From the IMG/VR virus record IMGVR_UViG_3300044709_000179, positions 1-64,000 of that record: a stretch of DNA of 64,000 nucleotides. One strand, written 5' to 3'. The notes below the pieces were generated by a model. The model worked only from the letters and a program-made list of their open reading frames with translations. It did not search any database and had not been told where the DNA came from. The position numbers and the translations under genes were made by a program. The DNA comes from a virus. Taxonomy: Duplodnaviria; Caudoviricetes. Numbering within the stretch: the first letter of the stretch is position 1; each line of letters starts with the position of its first letter. Of this stretch, positions 54,450 through 64,000 are shown one piece after another.

Positions 54450-57400
54450 CTACCTCGTGAACCAGTTGGTGCCGTTGGAGTACACGGTCGTCTTCGCGTA
54501 GGCCGCATTCAGCACGAGGTTGGCCGCGCCGTCGATCGTCCCGGAGGCGGGCGTGACCGTGATCGTGTTCGACACCGAGCACGAGCCTGACTCGTCTTTG
54601 ACCGTGAATTCCTGGCTGCTGGCCGACGACACCGACGGCAGGGTCGCCACCCGCGCGGCGGTGATCGACGTGTACGCCACCGTCATGTCGGTCAGCAGGA
54701 TGGTGTAGTTGGCGTCGGCGACGGTTGTCCGCTTGCGGGTCAGCCCCCCGCGCAACTGCAGCCGGTTGTCGAACAGCACCCCGCCGACCGTGTCCGGCCC
54801 GACGACGAGGGTGGGCATCGGCACCCGCGGTCCGGGAATGATGGTCCGCACGACGGCGGTTCCGGACTGGGTGAACGGGTTGGCGGACCCGGACGTCACC
54901 ACGTTGATGGCGGTCAGGTACAGCGGCGACGGCGTGGTGCCGATGGCCACGATGTTGACCGGGAAGCCGGTGGCGCCGTGGATGGACACGTTTTCCAGCG
55001 TCAGCGGCATCGAGTCGGTGTGCCGGATGGCGGTCCAGTCGGTGGCGTTGAACGCCTTGCATTCGACCGACGCGATCCGAGTGGCCGGCCCGATGGTGCC
55101 GCCGTACGCACTTTCCCAGAACAGTGCGGCCCCGTCGCAACGGACCCCGTCGATGACGATCTCTTGGATGCCCGGCTTGATCCTTTTAAAAAAGATCAAG
55201 TTGGTGCCGGTGCCGCCGCCATGCCAGCCCGCATTGGCCCCGTTCATGGTGACCGTGCTGCCGCACTGGTCGGCGCTACACCCGTACATGTGCAGGTTGA
55301 GGACGTTGGCGGTGGTGCCGTTGCCGAGATGCCATGCGCTCTTCGCCACGGCGGTCACGTCGCACTGCAGCCACGACAGTTGGGCGATGTCGAGGTCGGC
55401 CGCCCCCGGATGGTCGGCACCGACAGAGAAGCCGTTGAGCAGCCAGCCGACCGAGCCGGGCTGGATCCGCAGCGGCGCGACCCCGTTGGAGACGGTGGCG
55501 GGCACGTTGTCGGCGAGGGTGGCCGAAGAGAACGAGACGGTGGCCCCGGCGGTGTGCACGGCTGCGGGATAGACGAGACCTCGCCCGCGTGACGTGCAGG
55601 TGAGCGTGGTGGTGGTGCCGCCACTGGAGACGAAGAACAACTCCCCGTCGATGTTGACGACGAACCCGCCGGACGGTGCGGTCGGCGACAGCGGGGCAAC
55701 CAGCGGGATCGTCAGCGTCGAGGAGTTGATGTCACTGGCCAGGGTCGCCGTGTACTGCTGGACGGCGGTGACCGTGGAGGCGAACAGGTCCAGTCCGGAC
55801 AGTTGGATGGTGACGAGCCCGCCGACGTCGGCCGCGGAGAACTGCGCCGACTGCCACGGCGAGCCGCCCTGGTAGTCGGTCTGGCCGGTCTGCGCCGTGT
55901 AGATGGTCGGGGATCCGGCGGTGGTGACGCCGTCCCAGGCGCGCCGGAAGTTGATCGGCCCGTTGATGAACACCTTCTGGAACAGGCTGTGGTGCGCGCT
56001 TCCCGGCGACGACGTCGTGTAGTGCACGGCGTGCGTCACCTTCGCCGTACCCGACGCGGAGAACCGCATGTTGTCCATGCCGAACCGGTTGCAGGTTTCC
56101 ACCCGCAGCAGTTCGGTGGCGGTCGCAGTGGTGGTGCGGATGTGCGCGCCGGTGCCCGCGCCGACGAACCGGATGTCTTGCTTGCCCTGCAGTAGCAGAA
56201 TCCAGCCGGCGACATTGACGGTGCTGCACTGGTAGATGCCGACCGGAAAGTAGACGGTGGCACCGCCGGTGGCGGGGAGGCTCGCGAACAGCGCGTTCAA
56301 CGCGGCACTGTCGTCGGTGGAGCCGTTGCCGACCGCGCCGTAGTCTTTGACGTTGAACCACAGATTCGCTTTGTCGGCCTTCAGGTTCAACGCCGTCTGC
56401 TGCGCGGTGCTGACCGGCTTCGCGGTGTCGGCCGTGTTGTCGACGTTGCCGAGGCCGAGGTTGGTCTTGGCGGTCGCCGCTGAGGCGAGATCCGACAGGT
56501 TCGACGCCTTCTGTGCGGCGCCGGTGATCCTGGTGTCGTTGCCCTGCGCGGCGGTCCCGCTGCTGGTGCCATAGCTGACGACGAACGTCCGGTCGGCGGA
56601 CAGGTCCCCGCCGCCGATCAGGCCGGTCCCGGCGGTGAGCAGGCGAGCGACCGACACCGCCCCCAGGTTGGTCCGGGCCGTGGTGGTGGATGCGAGGTCG
56701 GACAGGTTGTTGGCCTTCTGTGCCGCACCGGTCACCCGCGCGTCGTCGCCGGCCGCGACCGTCCCGGCGGTGGTGCCGACGTTGAGGGTCGCCGCGCCGC
56801 CGAGGCCGAGGTTGGTGCGCGCAGTGCTCGCGGAGGTCAGGTCGGCGAGGTTCTGGCTGCGGGTCGCCTTCGCGTCGAGGGCCGTCTGCTGGTCGGTGCT
56901 AACCGGCTTGTTCGCGTCACTGGTGTTGTCGACGCTGCCGAGTCCGACCATGGCCTTGGTGACACCGCCGACGGTGCCAGTAAACGTCGGCCCGGCGATC
57001 GGCGCCTTCAGGTCGAGCGCAGCCTGCGCGGCAGTACTGACGGGCTTGTCAGCATCCGCAGTGTTCTCGGCGTTGGCGAGCCCGACGTCCGACTTGGTGA
57101 CGACGACGGAGCCGGTGCGGCCCGCCACCGAGGTGACCGGCGCAGTTGGGTACGGCAGTTCCGTCCAGTTCGACAGTTGAGTCGGGTCGGCACCAGTGAT
57201 GACCCAGCCGGTTGACAGGTCGTCGCGAATGACGAAGTCGGCCAACTGGCCATTCGTCGCGAGCATCGCCGCCTCGTCGGCTACGTGGCCGATGAAGTTG
57301 ACGATGCTGATGGATGGAATCTGCGCTGCGGTGAGCTTGCCGTCCGGCCCCAGGGTGGCAACGCCGAGGGCTGCACCCTTCTGCCCCAAGGGGATTGTCT

Positions 57401-58193
57401 GGGTGGCGAGGGCGTCGACCTTCGCCTGCGCGCCCGCCGACGTCTCCAGCAGCGACGTGTCCGCGATGCCGTGCACGGCGGTCGTGTCGATGATGTGCGT
57501 GCCGAGCATGGCGGCGGCAGTTCCAGCCGGCTCCGATGCGGCGATGGCTGCGGCCTGCGCCGCCTCGGCCTTGCTTGTCGCGTCGGTAGCCGCGGCGGCG
57601 ATAGCGGCCACCTGGGCGGCGTCGGCCTTCGCCTGTGCCCCGGACGTCGTCTCCAGGGCCGCGGTGTCGGCGATGCCGTGCACCGACGTCGTGTCGCCCT
57701 CGTGGGTGGCCAGTGCGGCCAGGGCGACTGCCTGCGCGTCGTCGGCCTTGGCCTGCGCTCCGGCTGGGGTTTCCACGCCAGCCACGTCGGCGGCGGCCAG
57801 CACGATGTCACCGGTGCGCCCGGCCACCGACTGGACCGCGCCACCGCCCCCTCCACCGGAGATCTCGACGGCGGTGACCCGTACGTCGAGGGCGTCGATC
57901 CGGTCGCCGGGGATCGCGTCGACCGGCCACGGCGCGACGATGCCGTCGGACAGCCACAGTCGCTTCGTGCCGTCGGTCGGGCCCCACCAGATCGGCAGGT
58001 AGCCGTAGCTGTCGGTGGGCACCTTCGAGTCGGCGATGACCGCCCCGGGGGCGCCGCCGCTGTCGGCCGCGATGGTGGCGAGGATGGTGCCACCCGAGTT
58101 GCTGTAGACGGTATAGGTGCGGTTCGGAACCGGGTTGCCGGCTGAGTCGTCAGCGCGGCGGCTGCCGGATTCGGGGAAGGGGAGGCGGGCCAT
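54450..58193 (-). CDS. Large fibre/spike with repeat stalk and pectate-lyase-like beta-helix
   Basis: VGL.NVDNT.D..KPVS.A.Q.AL repeats; NVKDYGAVG.G..DD..A..YFP.G.Y. Confidence 0.8.
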   Translation of the reverse strand: MARLPFPESGSRRADDSAGNPVPNRTYTVYSNSGGTILATIAADSGGAPGAVIADSKVPTDSYGYLPIWWGPTDGTKRLWLSDGIVAPWPVDAIPGDRIDALDVRVTAVEISGGGGGGAVQSVAGRTGDIVLAAADVAGVETPAGAQAKADDAQAVALAALATHEGDTTSVHGIADTAALETTSGAQAKADAAQVAAIAAAATDATSKAEAAQAAAIAASEPAGTAAAMLGTHIIDTTAVHGIADTSLLETSAGAQAKVDALATQTIPLGQKGAALGVATLGPDGKLTAAQIPSISIVNFIGHVADEAAMLATNGQLADFVIRDDLSTGWVITGADPTQLSNWTELPYPTAPVTSVAGRTGSVVVTKSDVGLANAENTADADKPVSTAAQAALDLKAPIAGPTFTGTVGGVTKAMVGLGSVDNTSDANKPVSTDQQTALDAKATRSQNLADLTSASTARTNLGLGGAATLNVGTTAGTVAAGDDARVTGAAQKANNLSDLASTTTARTNLGAVSVARLLTAGTGLIGGGDLSADRTFVVSYGTSSGTAAQGNDTRITGAAQKASNLSDLASAATAKTNLGLGNVDNTADTAKPVSTAQQTALNLKADKANLWFNVKDYGAVGNGSTDDSAALNALFASLPATGGATVYFPVGIYQCSTVNVAGWILLLQGKQDIRFVGAGTGAHIRTTTATATELLRVETCNRFGMDNMRFSASGTAKVTHAVHYTTSSPGSAHHSLFQKVFINGPINFRRAWDGVTTAGSPTIYTAQTGQTDYQGGSPWQSAQFSAADVGGLVTIQLSGLDLFASTVTAVQQYTATLASDINSSTLTIPLVAPLSPTAPSGGFVVNIDGELFFVSSGGTTTTLTCTSRGRGLVYPAAVHTAGATVSFSSATLADNVPATVSNGVAPLRIQPGSVGWLLNGFSVGADHPGAADLDIAQLSWLQCDVTAVAKSAWHLGNGTTANVLNLHMYGCSADQCGSTVTMNGANAGWHGGGTGTNLIFFKRIKPGIQEIVIDGVRCDGAALFWESAYGGTIGPATRIASVECKAFNATDWTAIRHTDSMPLTLENVSIHGATGFPVNIVAIGTTPSPLYLTAINVVTSGSANPFTQSGTAVVRTIIPGPRVPMPTLVVGPDTVGGVLFDNRLQLRGGLTRKRTTVADANYTILLTDMTVAYTSITAARVATLPSVSSASSQEFTVKDESGSCSVSNTITVTPASGTIDGAANLVLNAAYAKTTVYSNGTNWFTR

Positions 58194-58234
58194 TTACACC
58201 GCCTTCAGCCGTTGAGTGTCGCGCCAAGACATGA

Positions 58235-60385
58235 TCAGAAGTAGGTAATAACTTGGCAATAGCCACCGCCACCCGCGCCGCCGGCACCTGAGTTGCTGCC
58301 GTTGACTGAGGCGCCGCCACCGCCGCCGCCGCCGCCCCAGGAGCCACCCGCGCCGCCGGTTTGACCCACGCCGGAAGTCGACGAAGCACCGCCGCCGCCG
58401 CCACCACCTGGGAGGCTTCCGCCGGGCGTGGAGCCGGCTCCAGGGCTGGCGCCTCCTGCGACGCCTGCGGATGCCGCCGCGGCGGCAACGCCGGACATGG
58501 CCCCGCCCGCGCCGCCGTTACTCGCCGTCTCCGACGCGGAGATGATGCCGCCACCCGAACCGCCGCCGGTCGCGCCGAAACCCGAGGAGCCCGCGTTGCC
58601 GACGGTGCCTGTCGTTGAGGCGCTTCCGCCACCCGAGCCTGTGATGTAGCCACCGCCGGCCGACCCGCCGGTGCCGGTCGCGTTGGTGCCTCCCGCGCCG
58701 CCGGACGAGGAGGAGGCGCGCACGTAGGAACCGAACGTAGTGGTTCCGCCGGCGCCGCCGTTGCCGCCGTTGGTGTCGTCAGCGGTCGCCGCCGCGCCGG
58801 CGGAACCACCCGAACCGATGGTGACAGTCACGGGGGAGGTGATCGCCGACGCGGCCAAGGTGACGCGGGTGATGCCGCCGGCCGCGCCACCTCCGCCGCC
58901 GCATCGCACCGATGCGGCGGCGCCGCGACGTCCGCCACCCCCGCCGGAGCCGCCGGAGATGACGAGAATGTCGACGGAGACAGCACCGGTCGGCTTGGTC
59001 CACGTGCCGCTGCCACTGAAGGTCTGCACGTCGGGGGACCGTGCCGCCCATTTCATGCCATCGGTCTGGGTGGAGTCGGCGACGAGCGCGTAGCCGTCGG
59101 TGCCGATCGCCTTGCGCGCCACTGTGTCGGCAGCCGTGGCGACGATCAGGTCGCCTTTCGCATCCACCAGCGCCTGCGCCACAAACCGCGCGTCCAGACT
59201 GGACAGGGTGACCCGCCCAGAGGCGATCGTCCACACCCCGGCCCCGTTGGAGGTGAGGACCAGCGCCTCGTCCGTCAGGGTCAAGGTGACCGACGTGCCG
59301 GCCGCGTTGATGGTGTCGGTGCCGGCCCGCGCGATCGTCAGCGCGTTGGACCCGGAGGTGGCCAGCAGTTTGAATGCGACCTGCGCACCGGCCACGTTGG
59401 CGGCGGGCAGCGTCGCGGTGAACGAGCCGCCGGAGACGTCGCAACGCACCAGTTCCCACGCGGCTGCGGTGTACGTCCCCGTCTTGGTCGCGGTGACCGT
59501 CCACTTCGGCGTGACGTCGGCGGCGGTCAGTCCGTTCGGCCACGCGCTCGCACGGTCCAGCGGGTCCCGGTCGGTGACCGCGGTCGCCTTGAGCGCGGTC
59601 ACCTGGGCGGTCCAGTAGGTGGCGAGGGCGTTCCAACTCGTGTCCGTGACCTGCGTGGTGTAGCACCAGCGGGCGCCGAGCGATGCGGCGTGCGCGATCG
59701 CGGCAGCCATGTTGCCGGACGACACCCCGTAGACGAGGTGCAGGTACTTCGACGGCGGGTGCAGGTGGTACCAGTCTGCGGCATAGCCGGGCACCGTCGC
59801 GGCGAGGTAGGAGCCCGAGGTGAAGTCGCCCTCCCAGGTGCACACGATGTCGGCCGGCGCGACGTAGGCGTCGGCGAGCGGGTGCGTGCCCGGGTTGACG
59901 ACCACCGTCCAGCCGGAGGCCTTGCGGCGGGCGTAGTCGCACAGCGCCTGGAAGTACGTGACCTTGTCGCCGTTGGCGCCGGTCGGGGAGATGTCGTAGA
60001 AGATGCCGTCGACCGTGTACAGCGACGCCCACAGGTCCACGTCGGCCTGGACGGTCGCCTGCGCACGGGTGCCCGGACCGGTGCCGCCGTCCATCGACAC
60101 GTAGCCGAGAACGCGCGTGCCGGCCTTGCGGGCGTTGGCGATCGCGGTCACGTAGTCGCTGTTGGCAGACCCGCCGGGGCCGGTGGCCGGGTTGGCGATG
60201 ACCATGCCCGACGGGTTGGCCGTCATCGTCACCCAGTCGCTGCCCGCGAAGCTCGGGTAGACGTACAGGGGCACAATGGGGCGCATCGCGACGCCGTTGA
60301 CGGCCGTGGTGATGGCGGTCGCCTGAGCAGCAGCGACATCGGCGGCGCCGCCGCCGTCGCCCAGAAAGAGGTAGCCGTCGCTCAC
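58235..60385 (-). CDS. Virion protein with Spherulin-4 (GH135-like) domain and Gly-rich C-terminus
   Basis: PLYVYP, NP..GPG, VLGYV, DGIFYD, VNPG, AD...T.EG. Confidence 0.8.
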   Translation of the reverse strand: MSDGYLFLGDGGGAADVAAAQATAITTAVNGVAMRPIVPLYVYPSFAGSDWVTMTANPSGMVIANPATGPGGSANSDYVTAIANARKAGTRVLGYVSMDGGTGPGTRAQATVQADVDLWASLYTVDGIFYDISPTGANGDKVTYFQALCDYARRKASGWTVVVNPGTHPLADAYVAPADIVCTWEGDFTSGSYLAATVPGYAADWYHLHPPSKYLHLVYGVSSGNMAAAIAHAASLGARWCYTTQVTDTSWNALATYWTAQVTALKATAVTDRDPLDRASAWPNGLTAADVTPKWTVTATKTGTYTAAAWELVRCDVSGGSFTATLPAANVAGAQVAFKLLATSGSNALTIARAGTDTINAAGTSVTLTLTDEALVLTSNGAGVWTIASGRVTLSSLDARFVAQALVDAKGDLIVATAADTVARKAIGTDGYALVADSTQTDGMKWAARSPDVQTFSGSGTWTKPTGAVSVDILVISGGSGGGGGRRGAAASVRCGGGGGAAGGITRVTLAASAITSPVTVTIGSGGSAGAAATADDTNGGNGGAGGTTTFGSYVRASSSSGGAGGTNATGTGGSAGGGYITGSGGGSASTTGTVGNAGSSGFGATGGGSGGGIISASETASNGGAGGAMSGVAAAAASAGVAGGASPGAGSTPGGSLPGGGGGGGASSTSGVGQTGGAGGSWGGGGGGGGASVNGSNSGAGGAGGGGYCQVITYF

Positions 60386-60666
60386 CAGACACTCACCGAA
60401 ACCGTCGGAGTGCCGGCCGAGCGCAGCCGGACCTTCGCCACGCCGGACATCTTGATCGGGCCCTCGAAGCTCGCGAGCACGGCGGGGATGACGTCGTTGC
60501 CGTCCATGTTTCCGCTGACGGTACCGATGGCGACGTCCTTGGCGTTGAAGTAGACGGGCGCCGGGTTGTCGAGCACAGTTACGCGGTACCGGCTGTAGCC
60601 CTCCCCGAAGGTGAGGGTCGTCTGCGTGTCGGCGGACAACGTCACATGCTGCGGCGAAACGCCCAC
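60382..60666 (-). CDS. Small beta-sandwich virion protein
   Basis: Within head module. Confidence 0.6.
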   Translation of the reverse strand: MGVSPQHVTLSADTQTTLTFGEGYSRYRVTVLDNPAPVYFNAKDVAIGTVSGNMDGNDVIPAVLASFEGPIKMSGVAKVRLRSAGTPTVSVSVW

Positions 60667-60700
60667 GTCCTCACCTCACTTCCTGGTTGGGATGAGCGGA

Positions 60701-61057
60701 TCAGGTGGACTGGATGCCGGCGGCGCGCAGCGCGGCCAGTTCGGCGTTGAGCTTCGTGCGGGCCGCGGCGAGGTCCACCACGGTCGCAGCGACCGTCGAG
60801 CGCAGTGCGGTGATGTCGGTGACCAGCGCCGCCACCGTGGTCCGCAGCGCGGTCACGTCGGCCAGCAGCGCGTCGAATTCGTCGTCGGTCGGGGTGGCCC
60901 CAGCCGCCGTCACTGCGGTGAGCGCGGCCGGAGCCGACGCGGTGAGCGCCGATGGGGTGCTCGACGTGAGTGCGCCCTGGTCTGCGACAGCAGCGGCCGG
61001 GTTGACGCCAAGCGTCGGCTTGTCGCCATAGTAGGCGGCCCGTGGTGCTCCGGTCAT
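60701..61057 (-). CDS. Head fibre/decoration-like coiled-coil protein
   Basis: AAVAD...KLN..LA.LRAAG. Confidence 0.65.
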   Translation of the reverse strand: MTGAPRAAYYGDKPTLGVNPAAAVADQGALTSSTPSALTASAPAALTAVTAAGATPTDDEFDALLADVTALRTTVAALVTDITALRSTVAATVVDLAAARTKLNAELAALRAAGIQST

Positions 61058-61290
61058 GGCTGGTTCCCCCTCTTGCCGCGCCGGGGCTGCCGGACGGTAG
61101 CGGTCGTCCTGGTAGATTCCGGCGGCACGGCCGGCTCCGTGAGTTGGAGCTCGACCGTGCCGACGGGTGGTTGCTTGACCTCGTTGAGGCCGTGGATTCG
61201 AGCCAGCAGCCGGTTCTGTTCGGCCAGCAGCGCGCACATCTCGTGCAGAAACTGCTGGTCATTGGTGACCGGCTGCGGCAGGTCGGTCAT
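61054..61290 (-). CDS. Small head-module protein
   Basis: Directly after capsid gene. Confidence 0.55.
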   Translation of the reverse strand: MTDLPQPVTNDQQFLHEMCALLAEQNRLLARIHGLNEVKQPPVGTVELQLTEPAVPPESTRTTATVRQPRRGKRGNQP

Positions 61291-61291
61291 G

Positions 61292-62437
61292 TCAGGAGCC
61301 GTCACCCTGTGAGCCGATGGTCATGCGGGGGTCGATTCGGCTCCCGCCAAATACGTGAACAACCTTCTTCTCCGCCGCGCTGTGGTTGAACGACCACGGC
61401 ACCTCGCCGCCGCCGATGCGGCGCATGTCCGGCAACTTCTCGTACAGCGCCGGGGCCTCATAGCCGCGCAGGCGGCCGAACTCCAACGCCGGACGGGACT
61501 CGCCCGGGTTCGCGAATAGCCACCACGAGGTGTCCGCGTTCGCCGTGGTGGCGACGGTCGGGATGAAGTAGTTGACGTTCACCCGCAGGTTGGCGGCGAC
61601 GCCGTTGCCCCGGATGATCGTCACGTCACCGTTGGCGCCGACCGCACGGTATTCGGTCGCGTTGACGATCTCGTTGGCGGCCAGCGCGAGGCCGGGGCCG
61701 ACGACGAGCTCGACGCTCTTGACCTGGATCGGCATGCCTTTGTCGTCGACCCGCTTCGTCAGCACGGTGATCGCCGCCTGCAGCGCGGCGCGGGTCAGCG
61801 CCGGGTTGCCGGTCAGGATGTTGAGGTTGCCGGACGTGTAGAAGCTCGCGTGCGGGCCGCTCGCGTCACAGAACAGTTCGGTGACAAAGAGTTCCTCGGA
61901 GTCGATCGCCGACTGGGCGAGGTCCTGCGGCAGCCGCATGAACGCGTCCAGGTCGTCGTTGATCATCGCCTCGAAGGACAGCCCGAAGCCGGCCTCGTAC
62001 TTGTCGACCGCGTACTTGTACTCGGCCAAGCTCTGCGCGCGGCGCTTGTGCTCGTCGAGCTCCTGCACCTTCTCCAGCCGGCCACGGATGCCGGTCGTGG
62101 CGAACCGCTTCACCTCGCGGAAGTCGTTGACCGTCGCCGCGCGGGCGTAGTTGCGCCACGTCGGCTCCGTCGCCGTGTAGGCGCCGTACATCTGCCGGTC
62201 CAGGCTGTCGGCGAAGTACAGCGGGAAGTCGCTGCGGGTCATCGCCTCCTGGAAGTGGTGGATCGGGCGACGCCCCCGCCGGATGTCATCCAGGAAGCGC
62301 TCGGCCTCGACGAGTAGTTCCGGCTTCAGATGCGGCCGGTTCAGCGCGACCGCCTGCCGGTCGCCGAACAGCACACCGTACGAGGCGGACTCGGCGTCGA
62401 GTTCCGCCACGGTGCGGGAGAACAGAGTGTTGGTCAT
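61292..62437 (-). CDS. Major capsid protein (HK97 fold, Mu gpT-like)
   Basis: EA.T.SDFP, V.DF, S.EAMINDDL.AF, LVV.P.L. Confidence 0.9.
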   Translation of the reverse strand: MTNTLFSRTVAELDAESASYGVLFGDRQAVALNRPHLKPELLVEAERFLDDIRRGRRPIHHFQEAMTRSDFPLYFADSLDRQMYGAYTATEPTWRNYARAATVNDFREVKRFATTGIRGRLEKVQELDEHKRRAQSLAEYKYAVDKYEAGFGLSFEAMINDDLDAFMRLPQDLAQSAIDSEELFVTELFCDASGPHASFYTSGNLNILTGNPALTRAALQAAITVLTKRVDDKGMPIQVKSVELVVGPGLALAANEIVNATEYRAVGANGDVTIIRGNGVAANLRVNVNYFIPTVATTANADTSWWLFANPGESRPALEFGRLRGYEAPALYEKLPDMRRIGGGEVPWSFNHSAAEKKVVHVFGGSRIDPRMTIGSQGDGS

Positions 62438-62450
62438 GTCGGTCGTCTCC

Positions 62451-62810
62451 TCAGCCGGCCAGGCGGACTTCGATGTTCGTGCCGGTGGCTCCCGACGCGA
62501 CGGTGTCGACGGCGTGACCGATCAGGGTGCCGGTCGCCTTCTTGCTGACCGGCGGGGTGTCGGCGTCCGTGTAGTAGAGGGCGTCACCGGTCGCCACGGC
62601 GCTGTTGCCGGACCCGTCGATGCCCTTGACGGTGAGCGCGGCGCAGCCGTTGAACTTGACGGTCGTCTTGCCGGTGACCGTGTCCTCGTCGGTCAGCGCG
62701 ACCCCGGCCTTGACGCCCCAGCGGACCGGCGAGCCGGAGGTGGGGGTCGTCGGGTGCGAGACGGTGACGGCGAGCTGGTCGCCGAGCTCGCGGGTGATGT
62801 TCGTTGCCAT
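62451..62810 (-). CDS. Capsid cement/decoration protein (DUF2190-like)
   Basis: SG.PV..G...GVALT, GD.LY, G.A...V. Confidence 0.8.
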   Translation of the reverse strand: MATNITRELGDQLAVTVSHPTTPTSGSPVRWGVKAGVALTDEDTVTGKTTVKFNGCAALTVKGIDGSGNSAVATGDALYYTDADTPPVSKKATGTLIGHAVDTVASGATGTNIEVRLAG

Positions 62811-62826
62811 GTCGATTTCCCCCTTC

Positions 62827-63999
62827 TCAGATCGCTCGGCCGCGGGCTGCCGCGGTAGCCGCTTCGGCGGTCAGGCCTCGGGACTTGTAGGCCTCCACGA
62901 GGGCGGTGTTGACCGGCGTGGTCGGCGTGGCCCACGAACTGGCCGACGCCGTGTCGGTCGCCGTCGCGACCGGCTGACCGAACCCCGTGACCCGGCCCGC
63001 GCCGTCGGCCTCGGCCAGCGACGCCAGGTAGGTCTTCTCGGCGGTCGCCTCGGCCTCGACGAGGGTCTTGAACGCGGCCTCGTCGAAGGTGCCGGACTCG
63101 GTGAGCGGAACCCGCCGTTCGACGGAGGCGAGCACGCGGGCTTGCGCCGCGGGCGGAAGACCGGACTCCGCGAGAGCGACCGCGGCGATCGGGCGGGCAG
63201 CCTCGACCGCGCGGAACCGCTGCAGCTCCGTCTTCGCCTCGGCGGCCTCCCGCAGCGCCACATCGCGGGCCTGCTCGGCGGCGGCGCGCGCCCGGTCAGC
63301 CTCCTGCGCCTGAATGTTGACGGTTTCGATGGCCGGCGCGACCTCGGCCGTACCCGCCGTTCCCGGCGCCGGGCCGGTGGTGCTCCCCGACATGGGGTGC
63401 TCCTCTCGTTGTGGTGGGTTGGGTGCGGTCGGCGCCGTGCCGTCCGTCACGTCTTCTGCGGGGGTTTCGCCGCCGCCGGCGGCGTGTGCGTCCGGCTCAA
63501 CCTCGGCGGTGCTTGGCGGCTCGGGCCCGCGGAACGCCTCGGCGATGGCCGCAGCGGTCTCCGGGCACTCCCACGGCGAGCGCTGGAACAGCTGCGGCGC
63601 GTCCGCTTCGACCCGCGCCGACCACGCCTGAAGGCCGTCGCCGATCGCGGCCGACAGGGTGATCCGCTCCTCGCGGGTCAGTCGACCGTCGCCGTACATG
63701 TCGTCAGCGAACGTGGTCAGGGCGAGATGCAGCCGCGACTCCAGCCATGCGCCGACGTTGCGGGCCTCGCGCAGTTCGACCGGCTGCGGTGCGGGCTCTG
63801 AGGCCTCACGTCGCGCGGCCTCACGTGCAGACTCCAGCAGCGACACGATCCGCCCGCCCGCGCCGGCCGAGGTGACGAAATCGACGCTCTTGCCGACACT
63901 GATGGACTCCACGATCAAGCCCTTGCGGCCTTCGCGGGCGCCGTAGACCCCCTCGCCGTCAGCGTTGATGGAGACGCCGATGTTCTCCCATGCCTCCCG
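62827..63999 (-). CDS. Capsid maturation protease/scaffold (5' end outside window)
   Basis: IGVSINA, SVDFVT.AGAGG, Ala/Glu-rich scaffold tail. Confidence 0.8.
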   Translation of the reverse strand, partial: REAWENIGVSINADGEGVYGAREGRKGLIVESISVGKSVDFVTSAGAGGRIVSLLESAREAARREASEPAPQPVELREARNVGAWLESRLHLALTTFADDMYGDGRLTREERITLSAAIGDGLQAWSARVEADAPQLFQRSPWECPETAAAIAEAFRGPEPPSTAEVEPDAHAAGGGETPAEDVTDGTAPTAPNPPQREEHPMSGSTTGPAPGTAGTAEVAPAIETVNIQAQEADRARAAAEQARDVALREAAEAKTELQRFRAVEAARPIAAVALAESGLPPAAQARVLASVERRVPLTESGTFDEAAFKTLVEAEATAEKTYLASLAEADGAGRVTGFGQPVATATDTASASSWATPTTPVNTALVEAYKSRGLTAEAATAAARGRAI

Positions 64000-64000
64000 G

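Larger units (their letters stand above)
1..64000. mobile_element. Actinobacterial temperate siphovirus / prophage (partial, both ends outside window)
   Basis: Capsid, tail, tape measure, lysis, repressor/Cro and replication genes; no host housekeeping genes seen. Confidence 0.93.

Noticed and set aside
56380-57790. Repeats in the large fibre as DGR template/variable repeats
   Set aside because: Protein-level stalk repeats; no reverse transcriptase and no adenine-specific variation evident
1-64000. Long overlapping antisense/alternate-frame ORFs (e.g. 20219..21421, 44284..45522, 48312..49805, 58779..60392, 62605..63801)
   Set aside because: High-GC shadow ORFs overlapping well-supported genes; Arg/Pro/Gly-rich, no motifs
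1-64000. Integrase, terminase, portal, tRNA genes
   Set aside because: None recognised; likely outside the window, so integrated versus plasmid lifestyle cannot be decided

Overview
High-GC actinobacterial temperate siphophage/prophage segment (host genus not determinable from sequence). Left arm (1-27.4 kb, mostly +) is a dense array of small early genes with an XRE repressor/Cro switch, a lambda-O-like initiator with internal iterons, DnaB, regulatory/TA-like cassettes and an AICE/plasmid-like transfer block (DUF2637-like membrane protein, several membrane proteins, FtsK/TraB translocase). Right arm (38.9-64 kb, -) is the virion and lysis operon (protease/scaffold, capsid, two large carbohydrate-active fibres placed between capsid and neck genes, tail, tape measure, SGNH esterase, HNH, endolysin, membrane proteins). 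A ~10.8 kb block (28.1-38.9 kb) separates a holin-like gene from the other lysis genes and carries a second XRE/Cro/AAA_25 replicon with a palindromic origin, a lone tnpB whose predicted guide matches a near-copy just upstream of itself, and nucleotidyltransferase, HEPN and deoxyribosyltransferase-like cargo. Most notable: the same hairpin+RBS+leader-ORF(+antisense -10) cis module precedes both unrelated replication genes. No integrase, terminase, portal, tRNA or CRISPR array was recognised in the window. All family assignments are by-eye motif recognition, not database searches.
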